Source: Thermoproteota archaeon
GTDB lineage: Archaea; Thermoproteota; Thermoprotei_A; Sulfolobales; Ignisphaeraceae
DNA: 64,000 nt
NCBI GenBank assembly: GCA_030550585.1
Contig: JAUQPB010000002.1
Location: 32,001-96,000, forward strand
Direction of reading: 5' to 3'
Position numbers and translations under genes: made by a program. Of this stretch, positions 31,717 through 42,402 are shown piece after piece (the stretch's first letter is position 1; each line of letters begins with the position of its first letter). Below the pieces are notes generated by a model. It saw nothing but the letters and a program-made list of their open reading frames with translations. It was not told the origin of the DNA and made no database searches.

Positions 31717-32956
31717 AGATGGTTATTTGAAAGAGATAATGGTGTTAGTTAATAAAGGTATTGTTGAAAGAAGATTTAACTATATCGACAAGAATCTATG
31801 TAGAGATTATGAATGTATAGATCTTCGTGCTAAAGGCATACTTCTCCCAGGGTTCATAGATATCCACGTACATTTACGTGGACTTAAACTTAGTTATAAA
31901 GAAGATGAAGAAAGCGGTACGAAGGCTGCTTCTAGAGGTGGTTTTACAGCTGTTGTAGATATGCCTAACACTTTACCACGAATAGATAACAAACAAGCTC
32001 TTCAAGAAAAAATAGAAGCACTTAAGCTAAAGAGTAGAGTTGATTTTGGAATCTATGTATCTCCAGCAAAAGACTATAGGGAAATGTATGACATGTTGTA
32101 TGAAGAAGGTGTTGTAGGTGTAAAATTCTTTCCTCAAGATCTTCACCTATTCCCCAAGATCCTCAATATTACTAGTTCCAGAGATCTAAATAGAATAGTG
32201 ATTGTTCATGCAGAACATCCATATATGGTGAATGATTGTGAAGCTGGTTCTAGATGGATGTGTAGACCTATTGAAAGCGAGCTTTCAGCTCTAGATATTG
32301 TTCACATGCATGTTAAAGAAAATATGAAGATCCATATCACACATATAACAAATGTTCTAACACTATCTTTAGCAAAAAGATATAAATTCACTACAGATAC
32401 TTGTCCACACTATCTCTACTTAGATTCTTCTCACGAGAAGGAAATGGGCTGTATAGCTAAAGTAAATCCTCCTCTTAGAACTCCTTCAACAAGATACTCA
32501 TTATTGAAACTACTGAAAGCATTTGATGCAGTTTCCTCTGATCATGCGCCTCACAGTTTCGATGAAAAACTTCTTGATTTCTCGATGTGTCCATCAGGTA
32601 TAGCTTCTCTAGAATTGACTGCTTCCTTAATCCTAAACTTAGTAAATTTAGGTGCTATAGATCTAGATGACGCTGTAAAGCTCTTATCTCGAGGTCCCTC
32701 CAAAATACTTGGACTCAAGAGATGGGGATGTACGTATATTGGTTGTATAGCTAGTTATACTGTAGTGGATATGAATAAAGAATTTCGTGTTGATCCTGAA
32801 ACATTTTATTCGAAATCTAGATTTTCGCCCTACAAAAAGAATGTATTAAAGGGTGTAGCTACAGCAACTATAGTCAGAGGCGGTATTGTTTATATCGATG
32901 AAGGATATGAAGAGAAAATCGAACCTGAACCTTTAACAAAGTTTATGGTGAATTAA
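31685..32956 (+). CDS. pyrC: Dihydroorotase (second copy)
   Basis: PGFIDIHVHLR, DMPNT, KVNPPLR, SDHAPH. Confidence 0.95.
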   Translation: MERLIIAKTYEDGYLKEIMVLVNKGIVERRFNYIDKNLCRDYECIDLRAKGILLPGFIDIHVHLRGLKLSYKEDEESGTKAASRGGFTAVVDMPNTLPRIDNKQALQEKIEALKLKSRVDFGIYVSPAKDYREMYDMLYEEGVVGVKFFPQDLHLFPKILNITSSRDLNRIVIVHAEHPYMVNDCEAGSRWMCRPIESELSALDIVHMHVKENMKIHITHITNVLTLSLAKRYKFTTDTCPHYLYLDSSHEKEMGCIAKVNPPLRTPSTRYSLLKLLKAFDAVSSDHAPHSFDEKLLDFSMCPSGIASLELTASLILNLVNLGAIDLDDAVKLLSRGPSKILGLKRWGCTYIGCIASYTVVDMNKEFRVDPETFYSKSRFSPYKKNVLKGVATATIVRGGIVYIDEGYEEKIEPEPLTKFMVN

Positions 32957-32958
32957 TT

Positions 32959-33864
32959 GTGCTGGAAACAGTTGTAGCCACAATAAGTCTTAGACATCCT
33001 GTAATGAATGCTAGTGGTATACTTGGAACACATAGAGAACATATATCAAGACTTGTAAGTTATGGATTAGCTGCTGTAGTTACAAAGACCATAACCCCAG
33101 AACCTAGGGAAGGTTATAATCCACCAATAATAGTTGAGCTACCTACAGGTGGATTAATTAATGCTGTAGGTCTAGAGAATCCTGGCAAAAATGTTATTAA
33201 AGAGCTTGTAGAGGAAGCTAAAAAATATAGCATACCTATTATAGTTAGTATTGGCGGTAGAAATGAAGATGAATTCATTGAGGTTGCTGTAGAAGCAGAT
33301 ATGAATAAAGCTGATGCTGTAGAGCTTAACTTAAGTTGTCCTCATACCAAAGGATATGGTGTCGAGATAGGGGTAGATCCTAAAAATGTGTACTCAGTAG
33401 TTAAAGCAGTTGTTTCAACAATAAAGATACCTGTTGTAGCTAAACTAGGGTTAAGCGATAGAGTAGTTGAATCAGCAGAAAAAGCATTAGAGGCAGGAGC
33501 CAAAGGTTTAACGCTCATAAACACAATAAAGGCTATATATATAGATGTATATTCTTTAAAGCCTGTATTAACGAATATCTATGGAGGTCTTTCTGGTACC
33601 CCAATACATCCTATAGCTGTCAGAATTGTCTATGATGTGTATAAAGAAACTAAAGCCGATATAATAGGATGTGGAGGGGTAGTAAACTGGCAAACAGCAG
33701 CAGAAATGATTCTAGCTGGAGCAAAAGCTATTCAAGTAGGAACAGCATTAATGCGTGATCCAAAGAGAATTGTAGAAGATATAGTTAAAGGATTGAGTGA
33801 ATGGCTAGAAACAATAGGAATAAAAGAAATTTCACAAGCAGTTGGTCTCGCTCATAAGGTGTAA
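32959..33864 (+). CDS. pyrD: Dihydroorotate dehydrogenase (second copy)
   Basis: MNASG, NAVGLENPG, ELNLSCPH, GGLSG. Confidence 0.95.
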   Translation: MLETVVATISLRHPVMNASGILGTHREHISRLVSYGLAAVVTKTITPEPREGYNPPIIVELPTGGLINAVGLENPGKNVIKELVEEAKKYSIPIIVSIGGRNEDEFIEVAVEADMNKADAVELNLSCPHTKGYGVEIGVDPKNVYSVVKAVVSTIKIPVVAKLGLSDRVVESAEKALEAGAKGLTLINTIKAIYIDVYSLKPVLTNIYGGLSGTPIHPIAVRIVYDVYKETKADIIGCGGVVNWQTAAEMILAGAKAIQVGTALMRDPKRIVEDIVKGLSEWLETIGIKEISQAVGLAHKV

Positions 33865-34702
33865 AGATGTGTCTATACTCGTTATATCAACATTAAACAC
33901 GAATTTAGCGATGGAGATAAATCGATACATTAAAGAGTTGAGTAATAAATATTCATATATAGTGACATATGTATGGGAATACTTGCCTCAACACTCTCTA
34001 GAGATACAATATTTCCATAAACCATTGGCTAAACTCGAGAAAGACTTTGAACAAATAGTAAAACTAAAGGAATTGATAGTATTTGTGAACACTATTTGCA
34101 TAGATTCTGTAAGACAACAATTAATGAATTACATAGACAGTAAAGTGGATAACGTTGTACTAATTGATTATTGTCTCAATCATGTTTCTTGTTATAAGAA
34201 TCTACTATCGCTACCTCCGTATATTACTATCGTAAAAACATTCATAGACCGTATAACCACAATTTTTTCAAATATCGACGAAATATTGATACGTATAAAG
34301 ATATGCAGAGAATGCTTGAAGACTCTTTCTATTCTACATAATATCGATACTATCAAGACTATAGATCTGTTCCAAGAACTAATAAGACAAGTTATTAAAA
34401 ATCATTACAGAATAGAAATTTCAATTAATACGATTACAGAATTTCTTTTAACTGCAAGAGGGATAGTGAAGGGGTACAGAGAAGAGAGAGCATATATGTA
34501 TAGAGTTGAGATATCTGAAGAACATACGAATAAAAGCTACATGCTACAACTTTTAGCAATCCTATTGTTAATAACCGATGGATATAATAAAGCTATGAGA
34601 AACATCTGCATCTCAGACATTGGTCTAGATGAAGGACTTTACTCAATCTTCTTTGCATATCTTGTTAAACATGGTGCAAACATCTCTGTGAATATACTCT
34701 AG
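33842..34702 (+). CDS. Hypothetical protein, homolog of 14894-15577
   Basis: Same position after pyrD; similar C-terminus (YRVEIS vs YRIELS; DIGLDEGLY vs DMGKIEGVY). Confidence 0.6.
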   Translation: MVSLIRCKDVSILVISTLNTNLAMEINRYIKELSNKYSYIVTYVWEYLPQHSLEIQYFHKPLAKLEKDFEQIVKLKELIVFVNTICIDSVRQQLMNYIDSKVDNVVLIDYCLNHVSCYKNLLSLPPYITIVKTFIDRITTIFSNIDEILIRIKICRECLKTLSILHNIDTIKTIDLFQELIRQVIKNHYRIEISINTITEFLLTARGIVKGYREERAYMYRVEISEEHTNKSYMLQLLAILLLITDGYNKAMRNICISDIGLDEGLYSIFFAYLVKHGANISVNIL

Positions 34703-34887
34703 ATAACGTTATATTAATGATGTAGCGACACAATACTTTTAATTGCTAAATACTAGCTAAAGATGTTTCACAATATATAGTGTTGTTTCAAAATCCTATA
34801 GAATTACTTCTATTGAGGCAATTTTAATTTATTTACCAGCTATAGACATATTTACCGATACAAGGATAAATAGTTTGGGATAACGAT

Positions 34888-37392
34888 ATGGAGTCTAAAA
34901 AACGTATAGCCATATATGTGGTAGTGATAATTGTTTTGGCTAGCATTACTATATATAGCTATTATTATCTAGTGAGAGAAAAAGATAAAGAGATAACTCC
35001 AAAGACATTACCAACAGAATCCATATCTCTAGTCACAGAAACAATACTTGTGGAGATTTCAACACCTACAACGAATACCATCAAAGAAGAGGAAGATATC
35101 ACAAAAACTACATTAACTACACCTACAACTTTTCCACAAGAAACGATAACCACAGTTATTAACCATACTACTAGTCAACCACCTTTATATCACCTATCGA
35201 CAGAAACCTTTCCACAGGAAAAGGGTTTAGCTATGAATATAATCTATTATCCCAAAACAGTTATTTCGTGTTACGAGAAAATCGAAGTAATGTTCAATAT
35301 ATCGAACCTAATGTACAGAAATCCATACAACTCAAGCGACATAGATGTTGTAGGATACATCTATACACCAAATAACGAGGTTATCAAAATTCCAGCGTTC
35401 TACACAAGGAACTACACGATTCAAAGTATGGGATCGAGGGAACATATAGTTTTATTCAATACGCCACCTCTCTGGGCATTACGTTTTACACCAAAAGTCT
35501 CTGGAGAATATAGGGTAGTTATAGAGGCTAGAAACAGTAGTGGGGTAAAAATTTCGAGTGAAGAGCTGAAGATACAGGTTTCTGAATGTAGAAACAAAAG
35601 AGGATTCATATCAATTGATGAATCAAAGAAATTCTTGGTGTTTGAAGACGGATCTTCAGAAATAATGCTAGGCATAAACTTAGCTTGGCCTCCAAACAAA
35701 CTTGAGGCTATATCCTTCTATAGCTCATGGTTCAAAAGACTTAAAGAACTAGGTGTTAAGGTTGTACGCATAGGTCTTGTTCCATGGTCTCTAAATCTAG
35801 AATGGAGTAATTTGAATCGCTATAGTTTAGCAGATGCAGCAAGAATAGATGAAATCATCAGATTGGCAGAAGAACATGATATCTACATAATATTTGTGTT
35901 TATGTGGCATAACGAACTTGCAGATGATTGGGGAAACAATCCATATAATGCTTTAAGAGGAGGGCCTATAAAGAATCCTGAAGAATTTTGGAGTAATCCC
36001 ATAGCCATAGATATATTCAAGAATAAGGTGAGGTACATAATCGCTAGATGGGGTTATTCGCCACATATACTTGCATGGGAATTAGTCAATGAAGCTGATC
36101 TAACATCAAACTTCTTTAGCATTAGAGATGCTTTTGTTAATTGGGTTAAAGAGATAAGTAGTTATGTAAAGTTACTTGATCCCTATAAACGACCTGTAAC
36201 TGTAAATCTTGCAGACTATAACTCAGAACCAAGAGTATGGAACATAGAGAGTATAGATTTGATAACAGTCCATAGATATGGACCCACAGGGTTTAAGGAT
36301 ATAGGATCCTCAATACCAAGTATAATAGATTCTCTATGGAATACCTATAGAAAGCCTGTAGTGATAACAGAGTTTGGTGTAGATTATAGATGGATAGGGA
36401 TGCAGGGATTTACCGGAATTCCGTATTGGGCTATAGATAGAGAAGGTATAGGTCTTCATGAAGGATTATGGAGTTCCACTTTATCAGGATCTCCTATATC
36501 GGCCATGAGCTGGTGGTGGGATACACAAATAGAGAGATACAACCTGTTCTATCACTTTAAAGCTTTATCTGAATTCCTAAAAGGTGTTGACCCAGTAAAA
36601 GGAAGACTAAGTAGATTAAATGTATATGTAGAATCAGCTTCAACTATCGAAGGCAATACAACTTCCTTAATACTTTATCCAAGTGCTGGATGGATCTGGG
36701 TTTCACCAGTAAAACAGAACATCTACACTATACACCCTAACGGAAAGATAGAGGGTGATACATCGCTACTTAGTGGCTTTGTGTACGGTAAAGGACATAA
36801 CCAGCGGACTCTGAATCCCATATTCATAGTTACGTTTCTCGATAGAGGTAGAATGATCTTGAATGTAAATTCTGTAGGAAGAGGATCAGCAGTAGTATCG
36901 ATATATGTCAATAACACAAAGATAGAGGAGAAAGTGTTACCCGATATAGATGGTAAAAGTGATGAAGATGCTAATGAGTATAATATCGACATTACAATAG
37001 ATTTTGAACCTGGCACATATGAGATTAGAATAGATAATGAAGGTACAGATTGGTATACATGGAACTACATAGTATTCGAAAACACTATATACGCTTCAGC
37101 AAAGGTGCAGGCAATAGGTTTAGGTAATAAGAGTTTTGCAATAATGTGGATAAGGAATACAGACTTTAACTGGTGGAATTATGCAGTATTAAACAAATCA
37201 CCTATACCTCTAAAGAATGTAGTGATTTCAGTAGAAGGTTTAGAAGATGGTATGTATGTAGTTGAGTTTTGGGATACATTTAGAGGAGAAGTAGTAGAAA
37301 GTAAAGAGGTAATGGTTACTCAAGGAAAAGCACGCATATCAATAGATAGTTTAGAGAAGGATCTAGCTTTAAAGATGTATAAAACAGAGTAA
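34888..37392 (+). CDS. Membrane-anchored clan GH-A (GH5-like) glycoside hydrolase
   Basis: N-terminal TM and Thr-rich linker; RYIIARWGYS..ILAWELVNE (acid/base), HRY, VVITEFG (nucleophile), WWW. Confidence 0.82.
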   Translation: MESKKRIAIYVVVIIVLASITIYSYYYLVREKDKEITPKTLPTESISLVTETILVEISTPTTNTIKEEEDITKTTLTTPTTFPQETITTVINHTTSQPPLYHLSTETFPQEKGLAMNIIYYPKTVISCYEKIEVMFNISNLMYRNPYNSSDIDVVGYIYTPNNEVIKIPAFYTRNYTIQSMGSREHIVLFNTPPLWALRFTPKVSGEYRVVIEARNSSGVKISSEELKIQVSECRNKRGFISIDESKKFLVFEDGSSEIMLGINLAWPPNKLEAISFYSSWFKRLKELGVKVVRIGLVPWSLNLEWSNLNRYSLADAARIDEIIRLAEEHDIYIIFVFMWHNELADDWGNNPYNALRGGPIKNPEEFWSNPIAIDIFKNKVRYIIARWGYSPHILAWELVNEADLTSNFFSIRDAFVNWVKEISSYVKLLDPYKRPVTVNLADYNSEPRVWNIESIDLITVHRYGPTGFKDIGSSIPSIIDSLWNTYRKPVVITEFGVDYRWIGMQGFTGIPYWAIDREGIGLHEGLWSSTLSGSPISAMSWWWDTQIERYNLFYHFKALSEFLKGVDPVKGRLSRLNVYVESASTIEGNTTSLILYPSAGWIWVSPVKQNIYTIHPNGKIEGDTSLLSGFVYGKGHNQRTLNPIFIVTFLDRGRMILNVNSVGRGSAVVSIYVNNTKIEEKVLPDIDGKSDEDANEYNIDITIDFEPGTYEIRIDNEGTDWYTWNYIVFENTIYASAKVQAIGLGNKSFAIMWIRNTDFNWWNYAVLNKSPIPLKNVVISVEGLEDGMYVVEFWDTFRGEVVESKEVMVTQGKARISIDSLEKDLALKMYKTE

Positions 37393-37674
37393 ATATAGAA
37401 TACAAAGCAGATACCAATGTTTCAACACTTTTATTATCTATTTTGTTTGTATTCACAATATCTCTACATAATATTACAATATTGAACTCTATAGATGGTC
37501 GGATACCAATAGATATATTTAATAAGGCTCTCTACATGTATAGTTTATGTTACATTTATCAAAATCATTAATTAGGTGATTTATAGAATATGAATAGGGT
37601 GTATCTATTTCCTAACTTCTGTGAAGAACAATCATAACCTCGGAGAACCCGAGATTGTTGAAAAACGCTGAGAG

Positions 37675-38322
37675 TTAAGCAGAGCGTTTCTTGTACATGT
37701 AGGAGTAGTTTGTTAAGTCTATAACCTTAGATGTATCCGTTTTGTATCGGTGTTCTTGTCTTAATGTTATAATTACATGTAAACCCATCTTGCTTAAATT
37801 CTCGAGAATTTCAGGGAATATGTATTCTGATGCATATTCGTCAAGATAGTTAAGAGGATCATCTATTATGGTTATAGGGGCTTTTACTAGTAAAGTGGTA
37901 ACCAACATTACTCTTCTCCTTTGCCCCATTGAGAGTTCTCTTAATCTAGCTTTTTGAGCATGGGTAAGACTGACTATCTCCAGCGCTTTTTCAGCCTCGC
38001 TTCTTTCCACGGGTTTCATGTACATGTATGGAACCAGCCTTAAGTAGTCAATAACCCTCAACTCTAGGGGCAAATCCACGTCCTCGGGAACGTAGTATAT
38101 GTCTTTCCTATGTTTTGTTATGTCAACTCCGTTAAAGGTGATCTTACCTCGTAAAGGAGGTAGAAGAGTTGCAAGCGTTCTTGCAAGTGTGGTTTTACCA
38201 ACACCGTTGGGACCAACAAAGATCAGAATATCATTCGCGTTAACGCTAAAGTTTAATACCCCAATAACCGGAATCTTACCATATCCGCATACTAGATCAG
38301 TTGCTTGTAACATGTTCATCAC
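37675..38322 (-). CDS. ABC transporter ATP-binding protein
   Basis: GPNGVGKTT, LSMGQRRR, IIDDP. Confidence 0.9.
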   Translation of the reverse strand: MMNMLQATDLVCGYGKIPVIGVLNFSVNANDILIFVGPNGVGKTTLARTLATLLPPLRGKITFNGVDITKHRKDIYYVPEDVDLPLELRVIDYLRLVPYMYMKPVERSEAEKALEIVSLTHAQKARLRELSMGQRRRVMLVTTLLVKAPITIIDDPLNYLDEYASEYIFPEILENLSKMGLHVIITLRQEHRYKTDTSKVIDLTNYSYMYKKRSA

Positions 38323-38788
38323 CCATCAATCCCAATATACCACTTAAATCGAATACAATGTTGATTGACTGAAGTAGAAGAGGTATAAGAGCAAGGAAGT
38401 ATTCTGGATAGTACTTCAACACTATTAACCCAATCATGGACGGAACTAGAGGCCCTGAAACTGTTGCTAAATACAATCTCTCCAGGGGTACATAATCTAG
38501 GGGCTCTAATCGTATCATATGGTTGCTGAGCATAACAGATACATCGATGTCTAGTATCGCGAAATGAACAAGCTCGTGTAGGAGCGTTCCTGCAATAAAC
38601 AATGCTATTATGGCAATTGACGATAATATAAAGCTTAACCCTAAGTCAAGTGATGCCCATGTCATCATAATAGAGCCTATTGTGCAAGTCAATGCAAGGA
38701 GAATAGTTGGCTTACTTACGAGTAGGTGTTTTAGAATTAAGCTTACAAATAGACTGTATTTTCTTTTCTTTACAACTGCTTTAGCCAT
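38297..38788 (-). CDS. Small membrane zinc metalloprotease (HExxH, M50/zincin-like)
   Basis: LLHELVH after TM helices, SGP motif, N...D near the C-terminus. Confidence 0.65.
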   Translation of the reverse strand: MAKAVVKKRKYSLFVSLILKHLLVSKPTILLALTCTIGSIMMTWASLDLGLSFILSSIAIIALFIAGTLLHELVHFAILDIDVSVMLSNHMIRLEPLDYVPLERLYLATVSGPLVPSMIGLIVLKYYPEYFLALIPLLLQSINIVFDLSGILGLMGDEHVTSN

Positions 38789-40167
38789 GGAATCACCTTG
38801 TATCTTATAAAATATCCAACCTTAACAGGCAAATCGTAAAATAAAATAGAGATGATGAACACCGATATGGTGTATGCAACAGCCATCGTGGTAAGATAAT
38901 TTTGTACTATTTTTTGTACTATTATCCGCCCCATGAGCGTGCCCACGATAAGGTAAAACATAAAACACTTAATAATCTCAAAGTCTTTTTCAACTCTATT
39001 AAGCGTGAACATTCCTGCTAGCAATCCTGTAGTTAAAATGAGTATGGGAACACCTTCTAGCTCGATTAAGCCAAAAACGTGGAGAACGCTGTATATGACT
39101 AATGCATATAACCAACCAAATGAGAAAACAGAAATAACGTTCAATACCCTTGTAGAAAACCTTGTATTCGTAAGGAATTTAACGTAATGCATGTATGAAT
39201 CAATGTACCTATCCACGACATTTAACAATGGAGGAACTACGAACATAGCTAGACTCCCGAAAAGACTGCCGAGCATCAATGCAAGTAGTGTTTCCTCGTC
39301 AAAACCTAAATCACGAACATTGGTTGTTACACCTCCTACGCTTATAGATAGTATTACCTTCTCCCCAAGTGCGAGCTTCCCGAGAGCTATGAGTAGAAAT
39401 AGAAACGCAGTAGTTGCGAGTATGTATGGACTGAATGATGCGTATCCAAGGCTTCTTAACACTTCAACTTTTGGAATTTTACTCATGAAAAGGTCGGTTA
39501 GTATCTTAATCAGTACTGGTGAAATCGAGTAAGCGATCAACACCAAAAGTAAACTCAAAGGTATCGAGATTACCATGCTAATGCCCAGTATTATTATCGA
39601 TAATAGTGATGACACGGTTGCTGTAATCCTTATGTTATGCCAGGACGCTATCAAGAATCCAAGGAGAAGTATGTATGTTGTGAAGAATATGTACATATTC
39701 AATGGGAGCTTCAGAACATGGATGTTTAACACGAACAGAAGTGAAAGAGGAAGAATCAACAACATGTAGTTGAACACGGAAAATAGAAGACTAACATCTT
39801 GTACCTTAGCGATGGGGTGCTGGTACAACTTAAGCTTTTTAAAAGAATTAAACCTGTTGATATATAGAAATCCTACTAACAGGAAGAGGAATATGCTGAA
39901 CGTGATGTAACCACTAATTATTCTCAATCTATGGGTAATGTCTAATTCTGTCAGGATGTCTAAGTACTTAGTGAGCTCTTTTCGTATATATAGCTCGTTA
40001 GCAATGAAGGAAAATATGATACTTAGCGGAAATAAGTAATCTTGTATTACGAGTAAAAAGTAACATCTAAAAAGGAAAAATATTGGGAGAAAAATATAAA
40101 AAATCTTCTTACATTTATTCATATTCGACATTACCTGCACTTGCAATTTAGAGTAACGAAGAGCCAT
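38770..40167 (-). CDS. Polytopic membrane protein (probable ABC permease)
   Basis: Roughly a dozen hydrophobic segments; overlapping neighbours in an operon with the ATPase. Confidence 0.6.
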   Translation of the reverse strand: MALRYSKLQVQVMSNMNKCKKIFYIFLPIFFLFRCYFLLVIQDYLFPLSIIFSFIANELYIRKELTKYLDILTELDITHRLRIISGYITFSIFLFLLVGFLYINRFNSFKKLKLYQHPIAKVQDVSLLFSVFNYMLLILPLSLLFVLNIHVLKLPLNMYIFFTTYILLLGFLIASWHNIRITATVSSLLSIIILGISMVISIPLSLLLVLIAYSISPVLIKILTDLFMSKIPKVEVLRSLGYASFSPYILATTAFLFLLIALGKLALGEKVILSISVGGVTTNVRDLGFDEETLLALMLGSLFGSLAMFVVPPLLNVVDRYIDSYMHYVKFLTNTRFSTRVLNVISVFSFGWLYALVIYSVLHVFGLIELEGVPILILTTGLLAGMFTLNRVEKDFEIIKCFMFYLIVGTLMGRIIVQKIVQNYLTTMAVAYTISVFIISILFYDLPVKVGYFIRYKVIPWLKQL

Positions 40168-40583
40168 GAAATAGAAACACTACACTCTTCGACGTCACCT
40201 TTGCATGTAAGTAAAGGACAGGCTAAACCACAAGTTGCTAGATACACAGCGATGAACACTGCAGCTAGTATCACAATGGTGATTAATACTCCGTAGAGAA
40301 ACAACCTAGTTTTATAGCTTTTACTCGATTGCTTCTTGTGTATTGAGTAAGTAGTTAGAAGCGCTGAAAGTGTGGATAGTGGTATTATAGTGTGGGGGTT
40401 TCCGTGGTAGGAAACAACACAACTGTTGTTCTCGCAATAACTCCCGCTTATATTTATCAGGGGGATTCCCAGCCCGATGATTGATAATAAGACTGACGCA
40501 AGGAAGACTACTTGAGCTATTAAAACTGTTAACATCAAAGTTGTTGCCACGTAATACAGTCCCAGTATTACATGCCTTTTCAT
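40131..40583 (-). CDS. Small Cys-rich membrane protein, first gene of the 4-gene operon
   Basis: Three hydrophobic segments, Cys clusters (CENNSC, CGLACPLLTC..C); GGTGAG-like RBS upstream. Confidence 0.55.
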   Translation of the reverse strand: MKRHVILGLYYVATTLMLTVLIAQVVFLASVLLSIIGLGIPLINISGSYCENNSCVVSYHGNPHTIIPLSTLSALLTTYSIHKKQSSKSYKTRLFLYGVLITIVILAAVFIAVYLATCGLACPLLTCKGDVEECSVSISWLFVTLNCKCR

Positions 40584-40669
40584 AACCTGCTCTCACCTAC
40601 TGTTAAAATCTCATGTATGAAATAGTTAAAAAATCTTTATGAACGTAGAGTGATCATGAATGTGTATGT

Positions 40670-41080
40670 TCAACTACATATGCTTAAAATTCGTCTCTTT
40701 TCGCAACTTGTGGTCTACCATAAGGTTGTAGAACTTTCTCCGAAAGCCTTCAGGCTGTCTTTAGCGGTCTTGAGCTTCTCTCTGCTCGTTGATTTTGCTT
40801 TCTCCAGGGTACTGCTTGAGAACTCTGGCTAGGTGCTTGGGGACGCTCTTAGGATTTTTGCTGTTTTGCGGTAGGCTTTCTCCTGCTTCCTTAGCTTCAC
40901 AATGTATTTCTCCTTCTTTCTCAAGGAGTAGAATAACGTTTTCGGACACTTTTACTATCTGATTACTGTCTTACTGTTACTTATCACGTTATTTTACTAT
41001 TTATTGCTATTGCTCCTGTTGATTTATCCATCCTCTGCAACTCTATTCTGCTACTCTGCGAACAGAAAAACCATCCATGT
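40670..41080 (-). pseudogene. Degenerate tyrosine-integrase remnant
   Basis: Broken frames give FSVRRVAE (cf. SGxRxxE) and PEGFRRKFYNLM (cf. PKxLRKxFYNxM of SSV-type integrases). Confidence 0.4.
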
Positions 41081-41161
41081 AAAACACTCTCCTCACATAA
41101 AACCCTGTATCCTGTGTTTTGCATGATTGGTAACATGTCTTCATCATGAATCAGCTAGTTT

Positions 41162-41590
41162 ATGTCTAGACGATTAATCCATGGAATCCTCGGTTTACCC
41201 AACTCGCCTAAGTTCCTTAAGCTGTATCAATTTCACTTTCAATTCTTTCCATTATATTCAACGAAAACAATATCAAATAAAGTTACTATATTACTAGCTA
41301 TATTTAAATTTAATGGGAAATGGTATGCAATTACATCAAGTTTTACAGCTGGAACCATACTATGGGAGATAGAGGATCCTACATCAACGGTTTTTACCTA
41401 TGTTAAAACAATATTCGAGAAAGGTCGTGAAAATCCCTGCATATATCCTGTTACTACATCTAATGGCGAAATAAGGTTCATGATGTCATTGGCCACAGAT
41501 ACAGAATTTGGTAGTCGTCATAAAATCTATGTATTTGACACACACTTCAACCTTTTGGAGGAATACGACATCATTACATATAGAGTTTAG
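41162..41590 (+). CDS. Hypothetical protein or gene fragment
   Basis: 142-aa ORF, beta-rich; coding-like sequence continues past the stop. Confidence 0.35.
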   Translation: MSRRLIHGILGLPNSPKFLKLYQFHFQFFPLYSTKTISNKVTILLAIFKFNGKWYAITSSFTAGTILWEIEDPTSTVFTYVKTIFEKGRENPCIYPVTTSNGEIRFMMSLATDTEFGSRHKIYVFDTHFNLLEEYDIITYRV

Positions 41591-41819
41591 TCAGCAGGAC
41601 AATCATTTTACCTAGATCCATGGTACATCTACATAAATCAAGATCAATCTCCCACAAGAACTTTTCAAAACTCAGGTATATGGCCTGGAGCATATATAGA
41701 GATATATAGACTTAAGACAAACTATAGATACTACATTGAGGAGAAATAGAATCCTACAGATCAGTCTCAGCGATATAATTGATACTTTAGTAAAATATAG
41801 TTGAATGTAGTTCTATTGC

Positions 41820-41980
41820 TGGAGCCGCCGGCGGGATTTGAACCCGCGACCACCGGCTTACAAGGCTTGTTCATATATATGTTGATTTGCATGAGCGATA
41901 TTTGTTGCATGCAATATCTAGTTGCAGATGTATTTGTTTTATGTCAAAGATTCTCTGATAAGCTTTTCGATGTATCTGGG
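41820..41980 (-). repeat. Inverted 161-bp copy of the integrase 3' end plus tRNA-Thr att core (att core 41820-41866)
   Basis: Reverse complement of 44292-44452 with 1 mismatch; its core is identical to the tRNA. Confidence 0.93.
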
Positions 41981-42069
41981 CTGTTTTCTTCTTGATGTTT
42001 TTAGGAAATGTTTATAAGCGTTGTTTCTATTAATGTTTATTAAGGTAATTCATGTCTGAAAAGTTGCTG

Positions 42070-42350
42070 AGACCCTACTCGTTTCGGGTAGACCTTTGAA
42101 GAGCACTAGCTTCTACTGGAGGAAGAAGATAGCGGATTACCAGTCCACTTTGAACAAGTACGAGTTAAAGACCTCTAGGAGGCTTAGGAGAATGTACAAA
42201 AAATGGAGAAAACAGATCAGGAACTACGTAAACTGGGTTGTGAGGAGCGCTATGGAGTGGTTGTACTGGAGAAGAGTATCAAGAGTGGTAGTTGGCCATC
42301 CAAAGTACATAGCTCAAAACAGCAGTAAAAGCTCCAAGATCACCAGATGA
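42070..42350 (+). pseudogene. tnpB: TnpB (IS200/IS605/IS607 family) internal fragment
   Basis: LVSGRPLKSTSFYWRKKIADYQSTLNK...SRRLRRMY...VSRVVVGHPK, a typical archaeal TnpB segment; RuvC termini absent. Confidence 0.8.
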
Positions 42351-42402
42351 GAACCATAACACTTATTAACTCGCTAAGTATGTAGGATACCGAGGTGGGA
42401 AC

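Noticed and set aside
29037-37600. Completed giant CRISPR spacer
   Set aside because: It would need a second repeat and a leader at the far end; I found none downstream in the window.
41820-41866. Partial tRNA copies (also 44406-44452 and 49789-49835) as split-tRNA halves
   Set aside because: Full-length genes exist in the window, the copies have no complementary GC leader for trans-splicing, and they sit at island boundaries like att sites.
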